A stretch of 64,000 bases of DNA from Thermodesulfovibrionales bacterium (lineage in GTDB: Bacteria > Nitrospirota > Thermodesulfovibrionia > Thermodesulfovibrionales > SM23-35), in assembly GCA_030019415.1 (NCBI GenBank), contig JASEEX010000002.1:3823-67822 (forward strand). The letters are read 5' to 3'. The notes under the pieces are model-generated. The model saw nothing but the letters and a program-made list of their open reading frames with translations. It searched no databases and was not told where the DNA came from. A program made the position numbers and the translations under genes. Positions 18,607 to 29,245 of the stretch are shown piece by piece (position 1 is the stretch's first letter; each line of letters opens with the position of its first letter).

Positions 18607-18776
18607 CTATATCAAAATACCCGATTTTTCTATAACTGAGAAAATCACAGTCAGAAATTATTATATGCTTTGTGAGATAAATTAGGTCTTTCCTACACCT
18701 ACATCGGCTATGACTTGAAGATTGCCTTTAAGAAGAAAGGATTACCCTCAAACAATTCTTATGAATCTTTGATTTA

Positions 18777-19286
18777 TTATTCCCTAATGCTAATTTCCTT
18801 AATTATCTCCTCTGCAATTTGGAGAGGGGTTTTGTCATCTGTGCCAATCATGATATCTGCCTTCTCATAAAAGGGCCTCCTATAATTTAATAGTTCCTTT
18901 ACCCTTCCGAAAGGGTTTTCTACCTGAAGCAGGGGCCTATTACTATTATGGCTCGTCCTTTTGAGGATTGTCTCGGGTGTTGCCATAAGACAGACAATGA
19001 CACCATTTTTCCTCATGGCACCCATATTTTCCTGCTTTAATACAGCACCACCACCTGTAGAGATAATGACGTTTTTATTTTCAGAAACCTTTTTTATCAT
19101 TTCCGTTTCTATCTCCCTAAACCTCGGCTCACCGAACTTTTTGAATATCTCATTGATGGTCATCTCCTGGGATTTCTCTATCTCTGTATCCACATCTATG
19201 AGTCCCATATTGAGAAGCCTCGAGAGCTCTCTGCCTACTGCAGTCTTACCAGTTCCCATAAAGCCAGTAAGGACAATGTTCTTCAT
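18777..19286 (-). CDS. aroK: Shikimate kinase
   Basis: P-loop LTGFMGTGKTAVGREL, plus GEPRFREIE and ISTGGGAV. 169 aa. Confidence 0.9.
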   Translation of the reverse strand: MKNIVLTGFMGTGKTAVGRELSRLLNMGLIDVDTEIEKSQEMTINEIFKKFGEPRFREIETEMIKKVSENKNVIISTGGGAVLKQENMGAMRKNGVIVCLMATPETILKRTSHNSNRPLLQVENPFGRVKELLNYRRPFYEKADIMIGTDDKTPLQIAEEIIKEISIRE

Positions 19287-19339
19287 AATAAGATATTGTA
19301 GTAGTTACAAAACGGCAGGTCAATCTGTTATATTTTGAT

Positions 19340-20434
19340 ATGCCAAAGGTTCTTGTTGGAATGAGCGGGGGAGTTGATTCCTCTGTCGCAGCATATCTTC
19401 TGAAGGAGAAGGGATATGAGGTGGAAGGTCTCAGCCTTATTCTATGGGAAGAAAGAGGCAGAACTGATTTCAAAACCTGCTGCTCCCTTCAGGCGATTGA
19501 GGAGGCATCAAGAACTGCTCGACATATCGGAGTACCCCATAACATGATGGATGTGCGAGATGATTTTATAGAAAAGGTGATTGAGCCTTTTGTTAGTGCC
19601 TATACCGCAGGCTCAACTCCCAACCCTTGCATATTATGCAATAGATTCATCAAGTTCCCTTTTCTCATTAGGGATGCTGAAAAAAGAGGTGCTGAATATG
19701 TAGCTACCGGACACTATGCAAGAATAGAAAGACAGGATTCAAGGATTCAAGGATTCAAGGGTTCAAGGGAGACTTCAGTATTTTTGAAAAAAGGAATTGA
19801 TCCCAAAAAAGACCAATCCTATGTTCTTTATATCCTGAAACAGGAGGAGCTTAAAAAACTAATCCTTCCCCTCGGTTATTACAGGAAAGATGAAGTCAGG
19901 GAAATTGCAAAAGGACTTAACCTTCCGGCAACAAAGAGGTCTGAGAGCCAGGAGGTATGCTTTATTGAAAACAGAAATTATTTTAAGTTCATTGAAAAAC
20001 TTTCTCCCCTTGCAGGAAAACCAGGTCCTATCATTGGTATGACCGGAAAGGTAATAGGTACACACAAGGGGATTCATGCATATACTGTTGGCCAGAGAAA
20101 AAGGCTGGGTATATCATCTAAAGAACCCTTTTATGTTGTAAAGATTGATACTATTAGAAACACAGTATATGTAGGTACTCAGGAGGCTGCAAAGAAAAGG
20201 GAATTTTTTGTTGAAGACCTGAACTGGATTTTGCTTCCTCCATCTGAAAAATTTAAAGCCTCTGTAAAGGTACGCTCCATGATGAAGGATGAGCCAGCAA
20301 CAATATCTTTACTCGGAGATAAAGTAAGTGTTGTCTATGATAAACCTCAGTGGGCCCCTGCACCTGGCCAGAGTGCCGTTTTCTACGATGGAGACACAGT
20401 AATCGGTGGGGGAGTAATCAAAACAACAGCCTGA
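19340..20434 (+). CDS. mnmA: tRNA 2-thiouridine(34) synthase MnmA
   Basis: PP-loop VGMSGGVDSSVAAYLL, plus NPCILCN, ATGHYAR and KDQSYVLY. It contains an in-frame octamer array. Confidence 0.9.
   Translation: MPKVLVGMSGGVDSSVAAYLLKEKGYEVEGLSLILWEERGRTDFKTCCSLQAIEEASRTARHIGVPHNMMDVRDDFIEKVIEPFVSAYTAGSTPNPCILCNRFIKFPFLIRDAEKRGAEYVATGHYARIERQDSRIQGFKGSRETSVFLKKGIDPKKDQSYVLYILKQEELKKLILPLGYYRKDEVREIAKGLNLPATKRSESQEVCFIENRNYFKFIEKLSPLAGKPGPIIGMTGKVIGTHKGIHAYTVGQRKRLGISSKEPFYVVKIDTIRNTVYVGTQEAAKKREFFVEDLNWILLPPSEKFKASVKVRSMMKDEPATISLLGDKVSVVYDKPQWAPAPGQSAVFYDGDTVIGGGVIKTTA
19735..19766. repeat. Tandem 8-nt array GGATTCAA x4 inside mnmA
   Basis: ggattcaa ggattcaa ggattcaa gggttcaa. It encodes part of RQDSRIQGFKGSRE, between the conserved GHYAR and KDQSY blocks. 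Confidence 0.9.
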
Positions 20435-21311
20435 CTATATTGGGCACTATTTCAACCTTCGCCGGGGTCTTACCAAAATAATCACCATCTATCTGCACAT
20501 GGGCGTTGCCTTTAACCTCTACAGTAGTTGCTTTTACATATTCTACATCCCTGAACCTGAGATGCCTCCCTACTATTATACCGAAGACATACCTGAGGAT
20601 GTCTAAACGTTTTTTACCCTTAAAAAGACAGATATAAAGAAGGGGGTCAGTGAGTTTTGCATCAGGTGTAATCTTGAAATTCCCTCCATATTTGGCTGCT
20701 TTGCTTATAACTGCAGAATATCCGGAATAAGTTCTTCCATCAATATCAAAAATTAATTCACCGGGATTAAATCCAGATAGGGTTTTTATTCCACTGTAAA
20801 TATAAGCACCCTTACCTGAAATTTTTTTGAGTGTCTCACTTATCCTGAAGACTGCCTCACCATCAAAGCCAATGCCTGCCATTAAGCAAAAGTAACGGCT
20901 AACGCGTTCGGAGTTCGACAGAGCCGAACTCCGAACTATTCTACCGAGTGAGACGGTCTTGGGAGCGCTACTCAAGACAACTTCCATTGCATCCTCTACA
21001 ACCTGGGGAACACTGAGTTCTTTAGCAAGCACATTTGTGGTCCCGAGAGGCAGAATCGCCATCGGAATCTCTGACCCTGCAATCCCATTAATCACCTCGT
21101 TGAATGTGCCATCACCACCAGCTGCAATAATCATAGAGGGTGATTCTTTTATCGCCTCCCTTGCAAGACTTTCTGCATCCCCCTTTTGCTCTGTGAAAAG
21201 TACCTCCACTTTATATCCCCTTGACTTCAGGAAATGAGATGCCCTTACTATTTTTTTATCTGATGCCCTTTTTGCTGTGGGATTAAATATGAGAACGATT
21301 AAGGATTTCAT
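20418..21311 (-). CDS. Diacylglycerol-kinase-family lipid kinase (YegS/BmrU-like)
   Basis: Catalytic-domain motifs IIAAGGDGTFNEVINGI and LPLGTTNVLAKEL. The 3' end overlaps the mnmA 3' end (convergent). Confidence 0.75.
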   Translation of the reverse strand: MKSLIVLIFNPTAKRASDKKIVRASHFLKSRGYKVEVLFTEQKGDAESLAREAIKESPSMIIAAGGDGTFNEVINGIAGSEIPMAILPLGTTNVLAKELSVPQVVEDAMEVVLSSAPKTVSLGRIVRSSALSNSERVSRYFCLMAGIGFDGEAVFRISETLKKISGKGAYIYSGIKTLSGFNPGELIFDIDGRTYSGYSAVISKAAKYGGNFKITPDAKLTDPLLYICLFKGKKRLDILRYVFGIIVGRHLRFRDVEYVKATTVEVKGNAHVQIDGDYFGKTPAKVEIVPNIVRLLF

Positions 21312-22113
21312 CTAACGAAACCATACCTTTGCATAGAGAGACTTTTTCTATTATTGCAGGCAACCTTTCAAGGTACTCTATGATGCCTTCGGCATCTATC
21401 CCTTCCTTCACAAAAAATGCCCTTCCTCCGCTTCTACTCCCCTCACTCTTGATGTTGGGTATCCTCAAATATCCGAAGGCCTTAGATGCCACATAGCCTG
21501 TTGTGTAGTAGGGATCATCAGATACACATAATTCAGCTATCACATGCCCACAGGATGAGACCTTTGACGCAAGGACCAGCGCCTCTTTAACAGTCCCAGT
21601 ATTAATACCATGCCTTGAGAGCCTCGATGAAAGCCCCTTCAATGCCGGCTTAGTAATCCCGAGCCGGGATACCCTTATTCCCCTTTCTCTGTCTGGATCG
21701 AGACGATTGCCCTTTTCGGCTGTAATAATGGCCGCACCTCTCATACCGTCTTTTTTGATCAATTCAAAGGCCCTGTCAATAGCCACCTTCGATACCCCTG
21801 ATGATTGAAGTAACCCCCTCGCCATTTTTTTTCCTTCACCCGGCATGGTATTTTTGATTGTGGCTACAGGTAAAGCCGTGATTGTTTTTGGCTCCTGTTT
21901 TATATCCTCGATTGTAATTATGATTTTATCGGCTTTGCCTCTCGGATGGTTTAATGCCCTCTCAATATATTTTTTAACAACCTCCTGAATTTCTGACTTC
22001 TCATAAATACCTTCCGCACCAGAGATATGAATCTCCTTCTGACTGGCGACTGGCGACTGAGGACTGACGGCTGTTTTAGATGCCCTCATCCTTATGCTCC
22101 ATAGATCCTTCAT
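21283..22113 (-). CDS. bioW: 6-carboxyhexanoate-CoA ligase (pimeloyl-CoA synthetase) BioW
   Basis: Collinear with the remembered Bacillus BioW sequence: SIRMRAS, HISGAE, RGIRVSR, KEALVLASKV, AELCVSDDPYYTTGYVA, GGRAFFV. I place the start at MKDLW (22113), which avoids overlap with mqnC. Confidence 0.75.
   Translation of the reverse strand: MKDLWSIRMRASKTAVSPQSPVASQKEIHISGAEGIYEKSEIQEVVKKYIERALNHPRGKADKIIITIEDIKQEPKTITALPVATIKNTMPGEGKKMARGLLQSSGVSKVAIDRAFELIKKDGMRGAAIITAEKGNRLDPDRERGIRVSRLGITKPALKGLSSRLSRHGINTGTVKEALVLASKVSSCGHVIAELCVSDDPYYTTGYVASKAFGYLRIPNIKSEGSRSGGRAFFVKEGIDAEGIIEYLERLPAIIEKVSLCKGMVSLDEILNRSHI
22041..22075. repeat. Tandem 7-nt array (GACTGGC-type, 5 units) inside bioW
   Basis: gactggc gactggc gactgag gactgac ggctgtt. 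On the gene strand it encodes TAVSPQSPVASQ near the N-terminus. Confidence 0.85.
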
Positions 22114-22144
22114 GGTAGCCTTTTTGCCTCTTGTTTGAGGTCCA

Positions 22145-23281
22145 TCAGAAATATTGAATGATTTTATAGTACGTATTCCTCTGTGCCGGTTTAAATTCGG
22201 CATCCCTTATCGCCTTGATGATATCTTCCTTTGAGACCCTGTAACTTACACCCGTTGATGCTATAACATTTTCTTCTATCATTGTGGAACCAAAGTCATT
22301 TGCTCCAAACCTCAGGGCAACCTGTGCAAGCTTAAGCCCCTGTGTAACCCATGATGCCTGGATATTTTTGATATTGTCGAGATAAATCCTTGAGATTGCA
22401 AGCACCCTCAGATACTCAACAGCAGTAGCAGCAAAGAGTTCTGAGTTCTGAGTTCTGAGTTCTGAGTTTTTACTCTGAGCTCTGAGCTCTAAGCTCTTTG
22501 CTAATTCTGTATTACCCGGCTGGAAACTCCAGGGAATAAAGGCTGTAAAACCTCCAGCTTTATCCTGAAGGCCCCTGATAGCATCCAGATGCTTTATGAT
22601 ATCCTCTGCCTTTTCGATGCTCCCGAACATCATTGTTGCCGTCGTCTTCATGCCAAGTTTGTGTGCCTCTTCCATTACCTTAAGCCATCTATCAGATTTA
22701 ATCTTCTTCGGACTTATCACCTCCTTTACCCTATCAGAGAGAATTTCTGCACCTCCGCCCGGAATAGAGTCAAGCCCTGCATCCCTGAGGAGCCCCAATG
22801 TCTCTCTTATTGTAAGGTTCGCCCTGTCTGCCATATAGCAGATCTCAGGAGGGGAGAAACCATGGATATTCATATCAAATCTGCTCTTTATCTCCCTCAG
22901 CAGGTTTATAAAATAGCTAAGGTCGAGCCCGGGATTTAGTCCTCCCTGAATGAGTATCTGTGTGCCTCCTAATTTTATTGTCTCTTCAATCTTTTTGAGG
23001 AGTTCATTTTTCTCCAAGAGATATGCCTCAGGGTCGTCTTCGTCTCTCCAGAAGGCACAGAAGCGGCATCTGTTTATGCAGATATTTGTATAGTTAATAT
23101 TCCTGTCTATTATAAAAGTGACAATTCCTTCAGGATGTAGTCTTTTTCTCGTTTCATCAGCCATCCGGCCGAGTTCAAGCAGATCAGCCTTTTCAAGGAG
23201 CATCAAGCCTTCTTTCTTCGTAAGACGGTCAGTGTTTTTCTTTATTGGTTTGTTTCTCACTTTTAACTCATAACTTTTCAC
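22145..23281 (-). CDS. mqnC: Radical-SAM cyclic dehypoxanthinyl futalosine synthase (MqnC-like)
   Basis: Motifs DRNINYTNICINRCRFCAFWR and GGTQILIQGGLNP in a CofH/MqnC/MqnE-type fold. The MqnC versus MqnE assignment rests on resemblance to remembered Streptomyces sequences. GTG start at 23281. Confidence 0.6.
   Translation of the reverse strand: MKSYELKVRNKPIKKNTDRLTKKEGLMLLEKADLLELGRMADETRKRLHPEGIVTFIIDRNINYTNICINRCRFCAFWRDEDDPEAYLLEKNELLKKIEETIKLGGTQILIQGGLNPGLDLSYFINLLREIKSRFDMNIHGFSPPEICYMADRANLTIRETLGLLRDAGLDSIPGGGAEILSDRVKEVISPKKIKSDRWLKVMEEAHKLGMKTTATMMFGSIEKAEDIIKHLDAIRGLQDKAGGFTAFIPWSFQPGNTELAKSLELRAQSKNSELRTQNSELFAATAVEYLRVLAISRIYLDNIKNIQASWVTQGLKLAQVALRFGANDFGSTMIEENVIASTGVSYRVSKEDIIKAIRDAEFKPAQRNTYYKIIQYF
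22436..22497. repeat. Tandem 7-nt arrays (GAGTTCT x5, then GAGCTCT x3) inside mqnC
   Basis: gagttct x4, gagtttt, tactct, gagctct x2, aagctct. It encodes LELRAQSKNSELRTQNSEL in-frame. Confidence 0.9.
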
Positions 23282-23291
23282 TTTTAACTTG
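23257..23291. repeat. Tandem 7-nt array (TCACTTT/TAACTTT, 5 units) spanning the mqnE stop and mqnC start
   Basis: tcacttt taactca taacttt tcacttt taacttg. It covers the 14-nt mqnE/mqnC overlap (23268-23281). Confidence 0.85.
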
Positions 23292-24368
23292 TCTATAGAA
23301 CGAATCCCTTTCAGTAGGAACCTTCCCTGCCATCCTTATCAGATATATGAACTGCTCCGGTGTCATTGACTCGGCTGAAAGGGCACCTGCAGAATGGGTA
23401 ATCCTCTCTTCAATAACTGTGCCGCTGAGGTCATCTGCTCCAAAAATAAGTGAAAGCTGAGAGATCTTTTCTCCGAGCATAATCCAATAAGCGGTGATAT
23501 GATCGAAGTTATCGAGTACTACCCTACTTACGGAAATGGTCTTCAGGTCATCTATGCCCGATGAGTAAGAGCCCCCTATTTCGTTGCCCTTTGGATGATA
23601 GGAAAGAGGGATGAATGCCTGGAAGCCACCTGTCCTGTCCTGAAGATCCCTTAGTTTAAGTAAATGGTCAACACGGTGTTTATAGTTTTCAATATGTCCG
23701 TAAAGCATCGTTGCATTCGTCTTAATCCCTAACCTGTGTGCTGTCTCCATAACCTCAAGCCACCTCTCCCCGGAAATCTTCTCGGGACATAGTCTACTCC
23801 TTATCTTATCGTCAAATATCTCAGCACCCCCTCCTGGTATTAATTCGAGGCCGTGTCTTTTGAGGGCAAGTAGTGTCTCTCCCAGACTGAGGCAACTTAT
23901 CCTCGACATATAATCTATCTCGACAGCGGTAAATGCCTTTATATGAAGCTCGGGAAAATTCTTCTTTATCATTGAAAGCATATTCAGGTAGTATTCAAAT
24001 GGCCAGTCAGGATGAAGCCCTCCGACTATATGAACCTCCCGATAAGGTGTGAGGCGTGAGACGTCAGACGTGTAACGTGAAGGCTGAAGTTTTTTAATGA
24101 TTTCATCGATTGTTAATTCAAATGCCCCTTCTTCTCCCTTTGAACGGCTGAAGGCACAGAATCTGCACCGGTTAATACAGATGTTTGTTGGATTGATATG
24201 TCTGTTCCTGATAAAGAATACATTTTTGCCATTTTTCTTCTCAGCCACATGTGAGGCGAGGTCTCCAAGGAAAAAGATGTCCTCTATCTCGAATAATTCG
24301 AGTGCCTCATCCTTAGATACCCTCTCGCCAGCCAATACCTTTTCCTTAATTCTTCTGAGCATAAACAA
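23268..24368 (-). CDS. mqnE: Radical-SAM aminodeoxyfutalosine synthase (MqnE-like)
   Basis: Motifs IKEKVLAGERVS, NRHINPTNICINRCRFCAFSR, VHIVGGLHP, FTAVEI, and MLYGHIENYKHRVDHLLKLRDLQDRTGGFQAFIPL. These match my recollection of MqnE. Confidence 0.6.
   Translation of the reverse strand: MFMLRRIKEKVLAGERVSKDEALELFEIEDIFFLGDLASHVAEKKNGKNVFFIRNRHINPTNICINRCRFCAFSRSKGEEGAFELTIDEIIKKLQPSRYTSDVSRLTPYREVHIVGGLHPDWPFEYYLNMLSMIKKNFPELHIKAFTAVEIDYMSRISCLSLGETLLALKRHGLELIPGGGAEIFDDKIRSRLCPEKISGERWLEVMETAHRLGIKTNATMLYGHIENYKHRVDHLLKLRDLQDRTGGFQAFIPLSYHPKGNEIGGSYSSGIDDLKTISVSRVVLDNFDHITAYWIMLGEKISQLSLIFGADDLSGTVIEERITHSAGALSAESMTPEQFIYLIRMAGKVPTERDSFYRQVKSEKL
24049..24083. repeat. Tandem 7-nt array (GTGAGRC-type, 5 units) inside mqnE
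   Basis: gtgaggc gtgagac gtcagac gtgtaac gtgaagg. It encodes PSRYTSDVSRLTP in-frame, just before the conserved VHIVGGLHP block. Confidence 0.85.
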
Positions 24369-24417
24369 TTATAAATCAAAAGGTATTTGAAAGACCAAGC
24401 CTGAACTTCTTCCAAAA

Positions 24418-25692
24418 CTACTTTATTATGTCTATCCCCATATATGGCCTTAATACCTCAGGAATAACTACGCTTCCATCCTTCTGCTGGTAGTTTTCGA
24501 GGATCGCAATAAGTGTGCGGCCGATTGCAAGGCCAGAACCATTAAGTGTATGGACAAATTCAGTTCCCTTCTTGCCCTCTCGCTTGAACCTTATGTTCGC
24601 CCTCCTTGCCTGGAAATCCGTAAAATTTGAGCATGAAGAGATCTCTCTGTATCTCTGCTGGGCTGAAAGCCAGACCTCGAGGTCATAGGTTTTTGAGGCA
24701 GCAAACCCTAAATCACCTGTACAGAGTGCTACAACCCTATATGGAAGTTCCAACTTCTGAAGGATATCCTCTGCATCTCTTGTCAGGGACTCAAGCCCTT
24801 CATAGGAGTCTTCAGGCTTTACAAATTTAACGAGCTCTACCTTATTGAATTGATGCTGTCTTATAAGGCCCCTCACATCCTTTCCATATGAGCCAGCCTC
24901 ACGCCTGAAGCAGGGTGTATAGGCTGTATAATAAATCGGCAGATCCTCTTCTCTAAGGATTTCATTTCTATGGATATTTGTTACAGGAACTTCTGCAGTA
25001 GGTATTAGATATGACTCAGGATCAGAAATCATGAATAACTCATGGGCGAATTTAGGAAGTTGCCCTGTGCCTATCATGCTCTCTCGATTGACAATAATCG
25101 GAGGAAAAACTTCCTTATATCCCTTTAATGTATTCAAATCCAGCATGAAGTTCATCAAGGCCCTTTCGAGCTTTGCACCAATTCCTTTCATAAGGGCAAA
25201 CCGTGCTCCAGCAATCTTAGATGCCCTCTCAAAGTCAATGATTTCAAGCATTTCACCAATATCCCAGTGATTCATTGGCTCAAAGTCAAATTGCCTCGGC
25301 TCACCCCATCTCCTTATCTCTACGTTTTCTGTCTCATCTTTTCCAACAGGCACAGATTCATGAGGAATGTTAGGGATAAGCAAAAGCTCCTCCATGGAGC
25401 TTTCCTCTAGTTCTCTTAGGCGTTTCTCTTGAAGTGTGATGTAGTCTGAAGTCACTTTTGCTTCCCTTAAAAGCGCCGAGGGGTCTTTACCTTCTTTTCT
25501 AAGTCTGGCTATTTCTTCAGATAATCTGTTCCTCAGCTCCCTCTGGTATTCAATATCCTTGAGCACCATTCTTCTCTCATTTTCTATCTTCAAAAATTTG
25601 TCGAGAATTGAGGGCTCGTACCCTCTATTTTCGAGGGCCTTAACAACCTTCTCCGGATTTCCCATTACAAACCTCGCATCAAGCATCCTCAT
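24418..25692 (-). CDS. serS: Seryl-tRNA synthetase
   Basis: N-terminal coiled-coil arm followed by class II motifs ([24 protein letters not shown]). The start is at MRMLD or MLD, preceded by AGGAGA. The track's longer 5' extension is unlikely. Confidence 0.9.
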   Translation of the reverse strand: MRMLDARFVMGNPEKVVKALENRGYEPSILDKFLKIENERRMVLKDIEYQRELRNRLSEEIARLRKEGKDPSALLREAKVTSDYITLQEKRLRELEESSMEELLLIPNIPHESVPVGKDETENVEIRRWGEPRQFDFEPMNHWDIGEMLEIIDFERASKIAGARFALMKGIGAKLERALMNFMLDLNTLKGYKEVFPPIIVNRESMIGTGQLPKFAHELFMISDPESYLIPTAEVPVTNIHRNEILREEDLPIYYTAYTPCFRREAGSYGKDVRGLIRQHQFNKVELVKFVKPEDSYEGLESLTRDAEDILQKLELPYRVVALCTGDLGFAASKTYDLEVWLSAQQRYREISSCSNFTDFQARRANIRFKREGKKGTEFVHTLNGSGLAIGRTLIAILENYQQKDGSVVIPEVLRPYMGIDIIK

Positions 25693-25755
25693 TTCTCCTT
25701 TCAGATATATTAAACTAATATTTAGACGTATGTAAGTCAAGGAAGGCATCGTTGG

Positions 25756-26400
25756 ATGCTGCCATCCATGAATAAATTACTTGAAATCTACAGGAGGCTC
25801 TATTGTGCCTTTGGACCTCAGTACTGGTGGCCTGGTGAGGCACCATTTGAGGTTGCTATCGGTGCGGTACTTACACAAAACACAAACTGGGGTAATGTGG
25901 AGAAGGCAATAGAGAATTTAAAAAGGGAGAAGGCCTTGAGCGCAAAGAGGATCCATGAGATGAGAACAGGCAGGCTCGCATCATTGATAAAACCAGCAGG
26001 CTATTTCAATATAAAGGCTAAACGACTCAAGGCATTTATAGATTTTCTGATAAATGAATATAATGGAAGCATGGAAAGGATGAAGAATGAGGAGATGCAA
26101 ACCTTACGGGTGAAACTTCTTAAGATTCATGGCATCGGTCCCGAGACAGCAGACTCAATCCTTCTTTATGCCCTAAAAAAACCTGTATTTGTTATTGATG
26201 CCTATACCAAACGGGTCTTATCGCGACATAAGATCATGGGGCATGAGGAGAATTATGAGAAATTTCAAGTATTGTTTCATACAGCACTTAAGAAGGATAT
26301 CCGGCTTTTCAATGAATACCACGCACTTTTTGTAAGACTCGGGAAGACACATTGCAAGACAAAACCAATATGCGGGGGATGTCCTCTTGAGGGAATATAG
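25756..26400 (+). CDS. Endonuclease III-related HhH-GPD protein (COG2231-like)
   Basis: Motifs [40 protein letters not shown], and a C-terminal Cys cluster [13 protein letters not shown]. Confidence 0.7.
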   Translation: MLPSMNKLLEIYRRLYCAFGPQYWWPGEAPFEVAIGAVLTQNTNWGNVEKAIENLKREKALSAKRIHEMRTGRLASLIKPAGYFNIKAKRLKAFIDFLINEYNGSMERMKNEEMQTLRVKLLKIHGIGPETADSILLYALKKPVFVIDAYTKRVLSRHKIMGHEENYEKFQVLFHTALKKDIRLFNEYHALFVRLGKTHCKTKPICGGCPLEGI

Positions 26401-26402
26401 AC

Positions 26403-28463
26403 ATGGACAAATTCAGGTTAATTACCTCCTTTTCTCCTAAGGGTGATCAGCCTAAGGCAATAAAAGAACTTACGAAGGGCATGGAAAAGGGGCTGAAACA
26501 TCAAGTACTTTTAGGCGTAACTGGATCCGGTAAGACATTCACCATTGCAAATGTGATTGCGAATATAAACAAGCCGACCCTCGTGATTGTCCATAATAAG
26601 ACCTTAGCTGCACAGCTTTACGGAGAATTTAAAGAGCTCTTCCCAGAAAATGCCGTTGAGTTCTTTGTCAGCTATTATGACTATTACCAGCCTGAGGCTT
26701 ACATCCCGGCAACGGATACATACATAGAGAAAGATGCACTAATAAATGATGATATAGACAGGATGAGACATTCTGCAACAAGGGCAGTTCTCGAAAGAAG
26801 AGATACGATTGTTGTTGCCTCTGTATCATGCATCTATGGCATCGGCTCTCCGCAGGACTACATGGATATGCATCTGGTTATAGAAGAAGGGATGCGAACT
26901 GAGCGTGATGAGATACTGAGGAGACTTGTGGAGATGCAATATACTCGCTCTGACACTGAATTCAGAAGGGGAACATTTCGGGTGAGGGGTGATATTGTGG
27001 AGGTCTATCCTTCATTCTCACTGGATAAGGGAATCCGTATAGAGTTTTTTGGTAGTGATATTGATGCGCTCCATGAGTTCGATCCCCTCACAGGCGAAAG
27101 AATCAGAAAACTCGAGAAAATTGCCCTTTTCCCGAACAGCCACTGGATAACACCGAGAGAAAGGCTCAAGCCAGCATTAAAGAATATAGAAAGAGAAATG
27201 GAGGAGAGGATTGAGTATTTCTTGAGGAGGGGAAAGACTACCGAGGCACAGAGGATTGAGCAGAGGACAAGATTCGATCTGGAGATGCTGAGGGAATTCG
27301 GCTATTGCCATGGCATAGAGAATTATTCGAGACATCTGAGTGGAAGGGCCCCTGGTGAACCTCCATATACATTAATAGATTATTCCCCAGAAGACTTTCT
27401 GATAGTTATTGATGAATCTCATGCAACAATCCCCCAGACTGGCGGCATGTATGAGGGCGATCGTTCAAGAAAACAGACCCTTGTTGATTATGGCTTTAGA
27501 CTTCCTTCTGCACTGGATAACAGGCCACTCACATTCACTGAATTTGAGCACAGGGTCAACCAGGCAATTTATGTATCCGCAACCCCGGGGCCTTATGAAC
27601 TCGAAAAATCAGGAGGTCGTGTGGTTGAACAGATAATCAGGCCAACCGGTCTTATAGACCCAAAATTGACTGTGCGACCTCTCTCTGGACAGGTGGATGA
27701 CCTTCTTGGAGAGATAAGGAAACGTGCAGAAAAAGGCGAGAGGGTCCTCGTAACAACGCTTACAAAGAAGATGGCAGAGGATTTAACTGATTACTATGCT
27801 GACATCGGTGTGAGGGCCCGATATCTCCACTCAGATATTGATACCCTTGAACGTGTCGAGATACTCCGTGATCTAAGAATCGGAAATTTTGATGTATTAA
27901 TTGGTGTCAATCTTTTAAGAGAGGGGCTTGACCTACCCGAGGTCTCACTCGTTGCAATCCTTGATGCTGACAAAGAGGGCTTCCTCCGCTCAGAGCGATC
28001 ATTGATTCAGACATCAGGCCGTGCTGCAAGGAATGTTAATGGAGAGGTAATTCTGTACGCAGACATCATCACTGGCTCAATGCAGAAGGCCCTATATGAG
28101 ACGAACAGAAGAAGAAGGATACAGGAGGAGTATAACAAAAGAATGAATATTATACCCGAGACTGTGAGGTCCAATATTAAGGACATATTGAGTTCAATAT
28201 ACGAGGCTGATTACTGGACCGTACCTGCCCTTGCAGAGGAAAGGGCTGAATACGGATATGATGAGGAGACCCTGAAGAAACTTGAGACTGAGATGAAGGA
28301 GGCTGCAAAGAGGCTTGAATTCGAACGTGCTGCAAAGATAAGGGATAAGATTAAAGAGATAAAACAAAAGGCGATCGAGATAGGGATAAAACTTTCTGCT
28401 ACAATATACAGGACTGAGAATAAATCAGGTGAAGATTTAAGTAGCCTTAACGAAAAGAGTTAA
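26403..28463 (+). CDS. uvrB: Excinuclease ABC subunit B
   Basis: Walker [11 protein letters not shown], then [14 protein letters not shown], helicase motifs and the C-terminal UVR domain ([13 protein letters not shown]). Confidence 0.95.
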   Translation: MDKFRLITSFSPKGDQPKAIKELTKGMEKGLKHQVLLGVTGSGKTFTIANVIANINKPTLVIVHNKTLAAQLYGEFKELFPENAVEFFVSYYDYYQPEAYIPATDTYIEKDALINDDIDRMRHSATRAVLERRDTIVVASVSCIYGIGSPQDYMDMHLVIEEGMRTERDEILRRLVEMQYTRSDTEFRRGTFRVRGDIVEVYPSFSLDKGIRIEFFGSDIDALHEFDPLTGERIRKLEKIALFPNSHWITPRERLKPALKNIEREMEERIEYFLRRGKTTEAQRIEQRTRFDLEMLREFGYCHGIENYSRHLSGRAPGEPPYTLIDYSPEDFLIVIDESHATIPQTGGMYEGDRSRKQTLVDYGFRLPSALDNRPLTFTEFEHRVNQAIYVSATPGPYELEKSGGRVVEQIIRPTGLIDPKLTVRPLSGQVDDLLGEIRKRAEKGERVLVTTLTKKMAEDLTDYYADIGVRARYLHSDIDTLERVEILRDLRIGNFDVLIGVNLLREGLDLPEVSLVAILDADKEGFLRSERSLIQTSGRAARNVNGEVILYADIITGSMQKALYETNRRRRIQEEYNKRMNIIPETVRSNIKDILSSIYEADYWTVPALAEERAEYGYDEETLKKLETEMKEAAKRLEFERAAKIRDKIKEIKQKAIEIGIKLSATIYRTENKSGEDLSSLNEKS

Positions 28464-29234
28464 ATGGAAAGATTGTTAAAGATAATAGGTTCGTGGGCAC
28501 TCTCGCAATTGCGAACAATCGGGCATATGTTTGTCTTTTTGTTGAATTCTCTCTATTTTATATTCGTTCCACCCTTTAAATTCAGATTGCTCTTACGGCA
28601 GATGAGGTTTTTTGGCAACAAATCCCTTTTAGTTATCTTACTAACAGGCTCTTTTACAGGTATGGTCCTCGCCCTTCAGTTATTCTATATCCTCAGGAAG
28701 TTCGGCTCGGAGGCATTGCTTGGTCCCGGTATTGCCCTGAGCCTCACTAGAGAATTGGGGCCAGTACTTTCTGCCTTGATGGTCACAGGCAGGGCTGGCT
28801 CCGCCCTTACCGCAGAGATAGGGATGATGAGGATTTCAGAGCAGATAGATGCCCTTACAGCTATGGCACTTAATCCGATACGGTATCTTATTGTGCCCAA
28901 CATCGTTGCCGCCATAATAGTCTTCCCTTTGCTTGTAGCCATATTTGATGTAATTGGTATATACGGTGGATATATGGTGGGAGTAAAAATCCTTGGAATC
29001 AGTTCAGGAACATACTTCTCTCTTATGGAAGATTATGTGGATATGGAGGATATAATGGTAGGACTTTATAAATCCCTCAGTTTTGGATTGATAGTCTCTT
29101 GGGTATGCTGCTACAAGGGCTTTTATACAGGATACGGTGCAGAAGGTGTCAGCAAATCCACAACAGAGGCCGTTGTTATGTCCTCCATATTTATTCTCAT
29201 ATGGGATTATTTCCTCGGCTCTGTTCTCCTATGA
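28464..29234 (+). CDS. mlaE: MlaE-family ABC permease
   Basis: 256-aa polytopic protein with TRELGPVLSALMVTGRAGSALTAEIGMMRISEQIDAL, the MlaE signature. Confidence 0.8.
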   Translation: MERLLKIIGSWALSQLRTIGHMFVFLLNSLYFIFVPPFKFRLLLRQMRFFGNKSLLVILLTGSFTGMVLALQLFYILRKFGSEALLGPGIALSLTRELGPVLSALMVTGRAGSALTAEIGMMRISEQIDALTAMALNPIRYLIVPNIVAAIIVFPLLVAIFDVIGIYGGYMVGVKILGISSGTYFSLMEDYVDMEDIMVGLYKSLSFGLIVSWVCCYKGFYTGYGAEGVSKSTTEAVVMSSIFILIWDYFLGSVLL

Positions 29235-29245
29235 GAGGTAATTGA

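Noticed and set aside
19246-19473. 75-aa minus-strand ORF across the aroK/mnmA divergent region
   Set aside because: It overlaps the aroK 5' end in another frame and the mnmA 5' end antisense. It has no motif and is most likely spurious.
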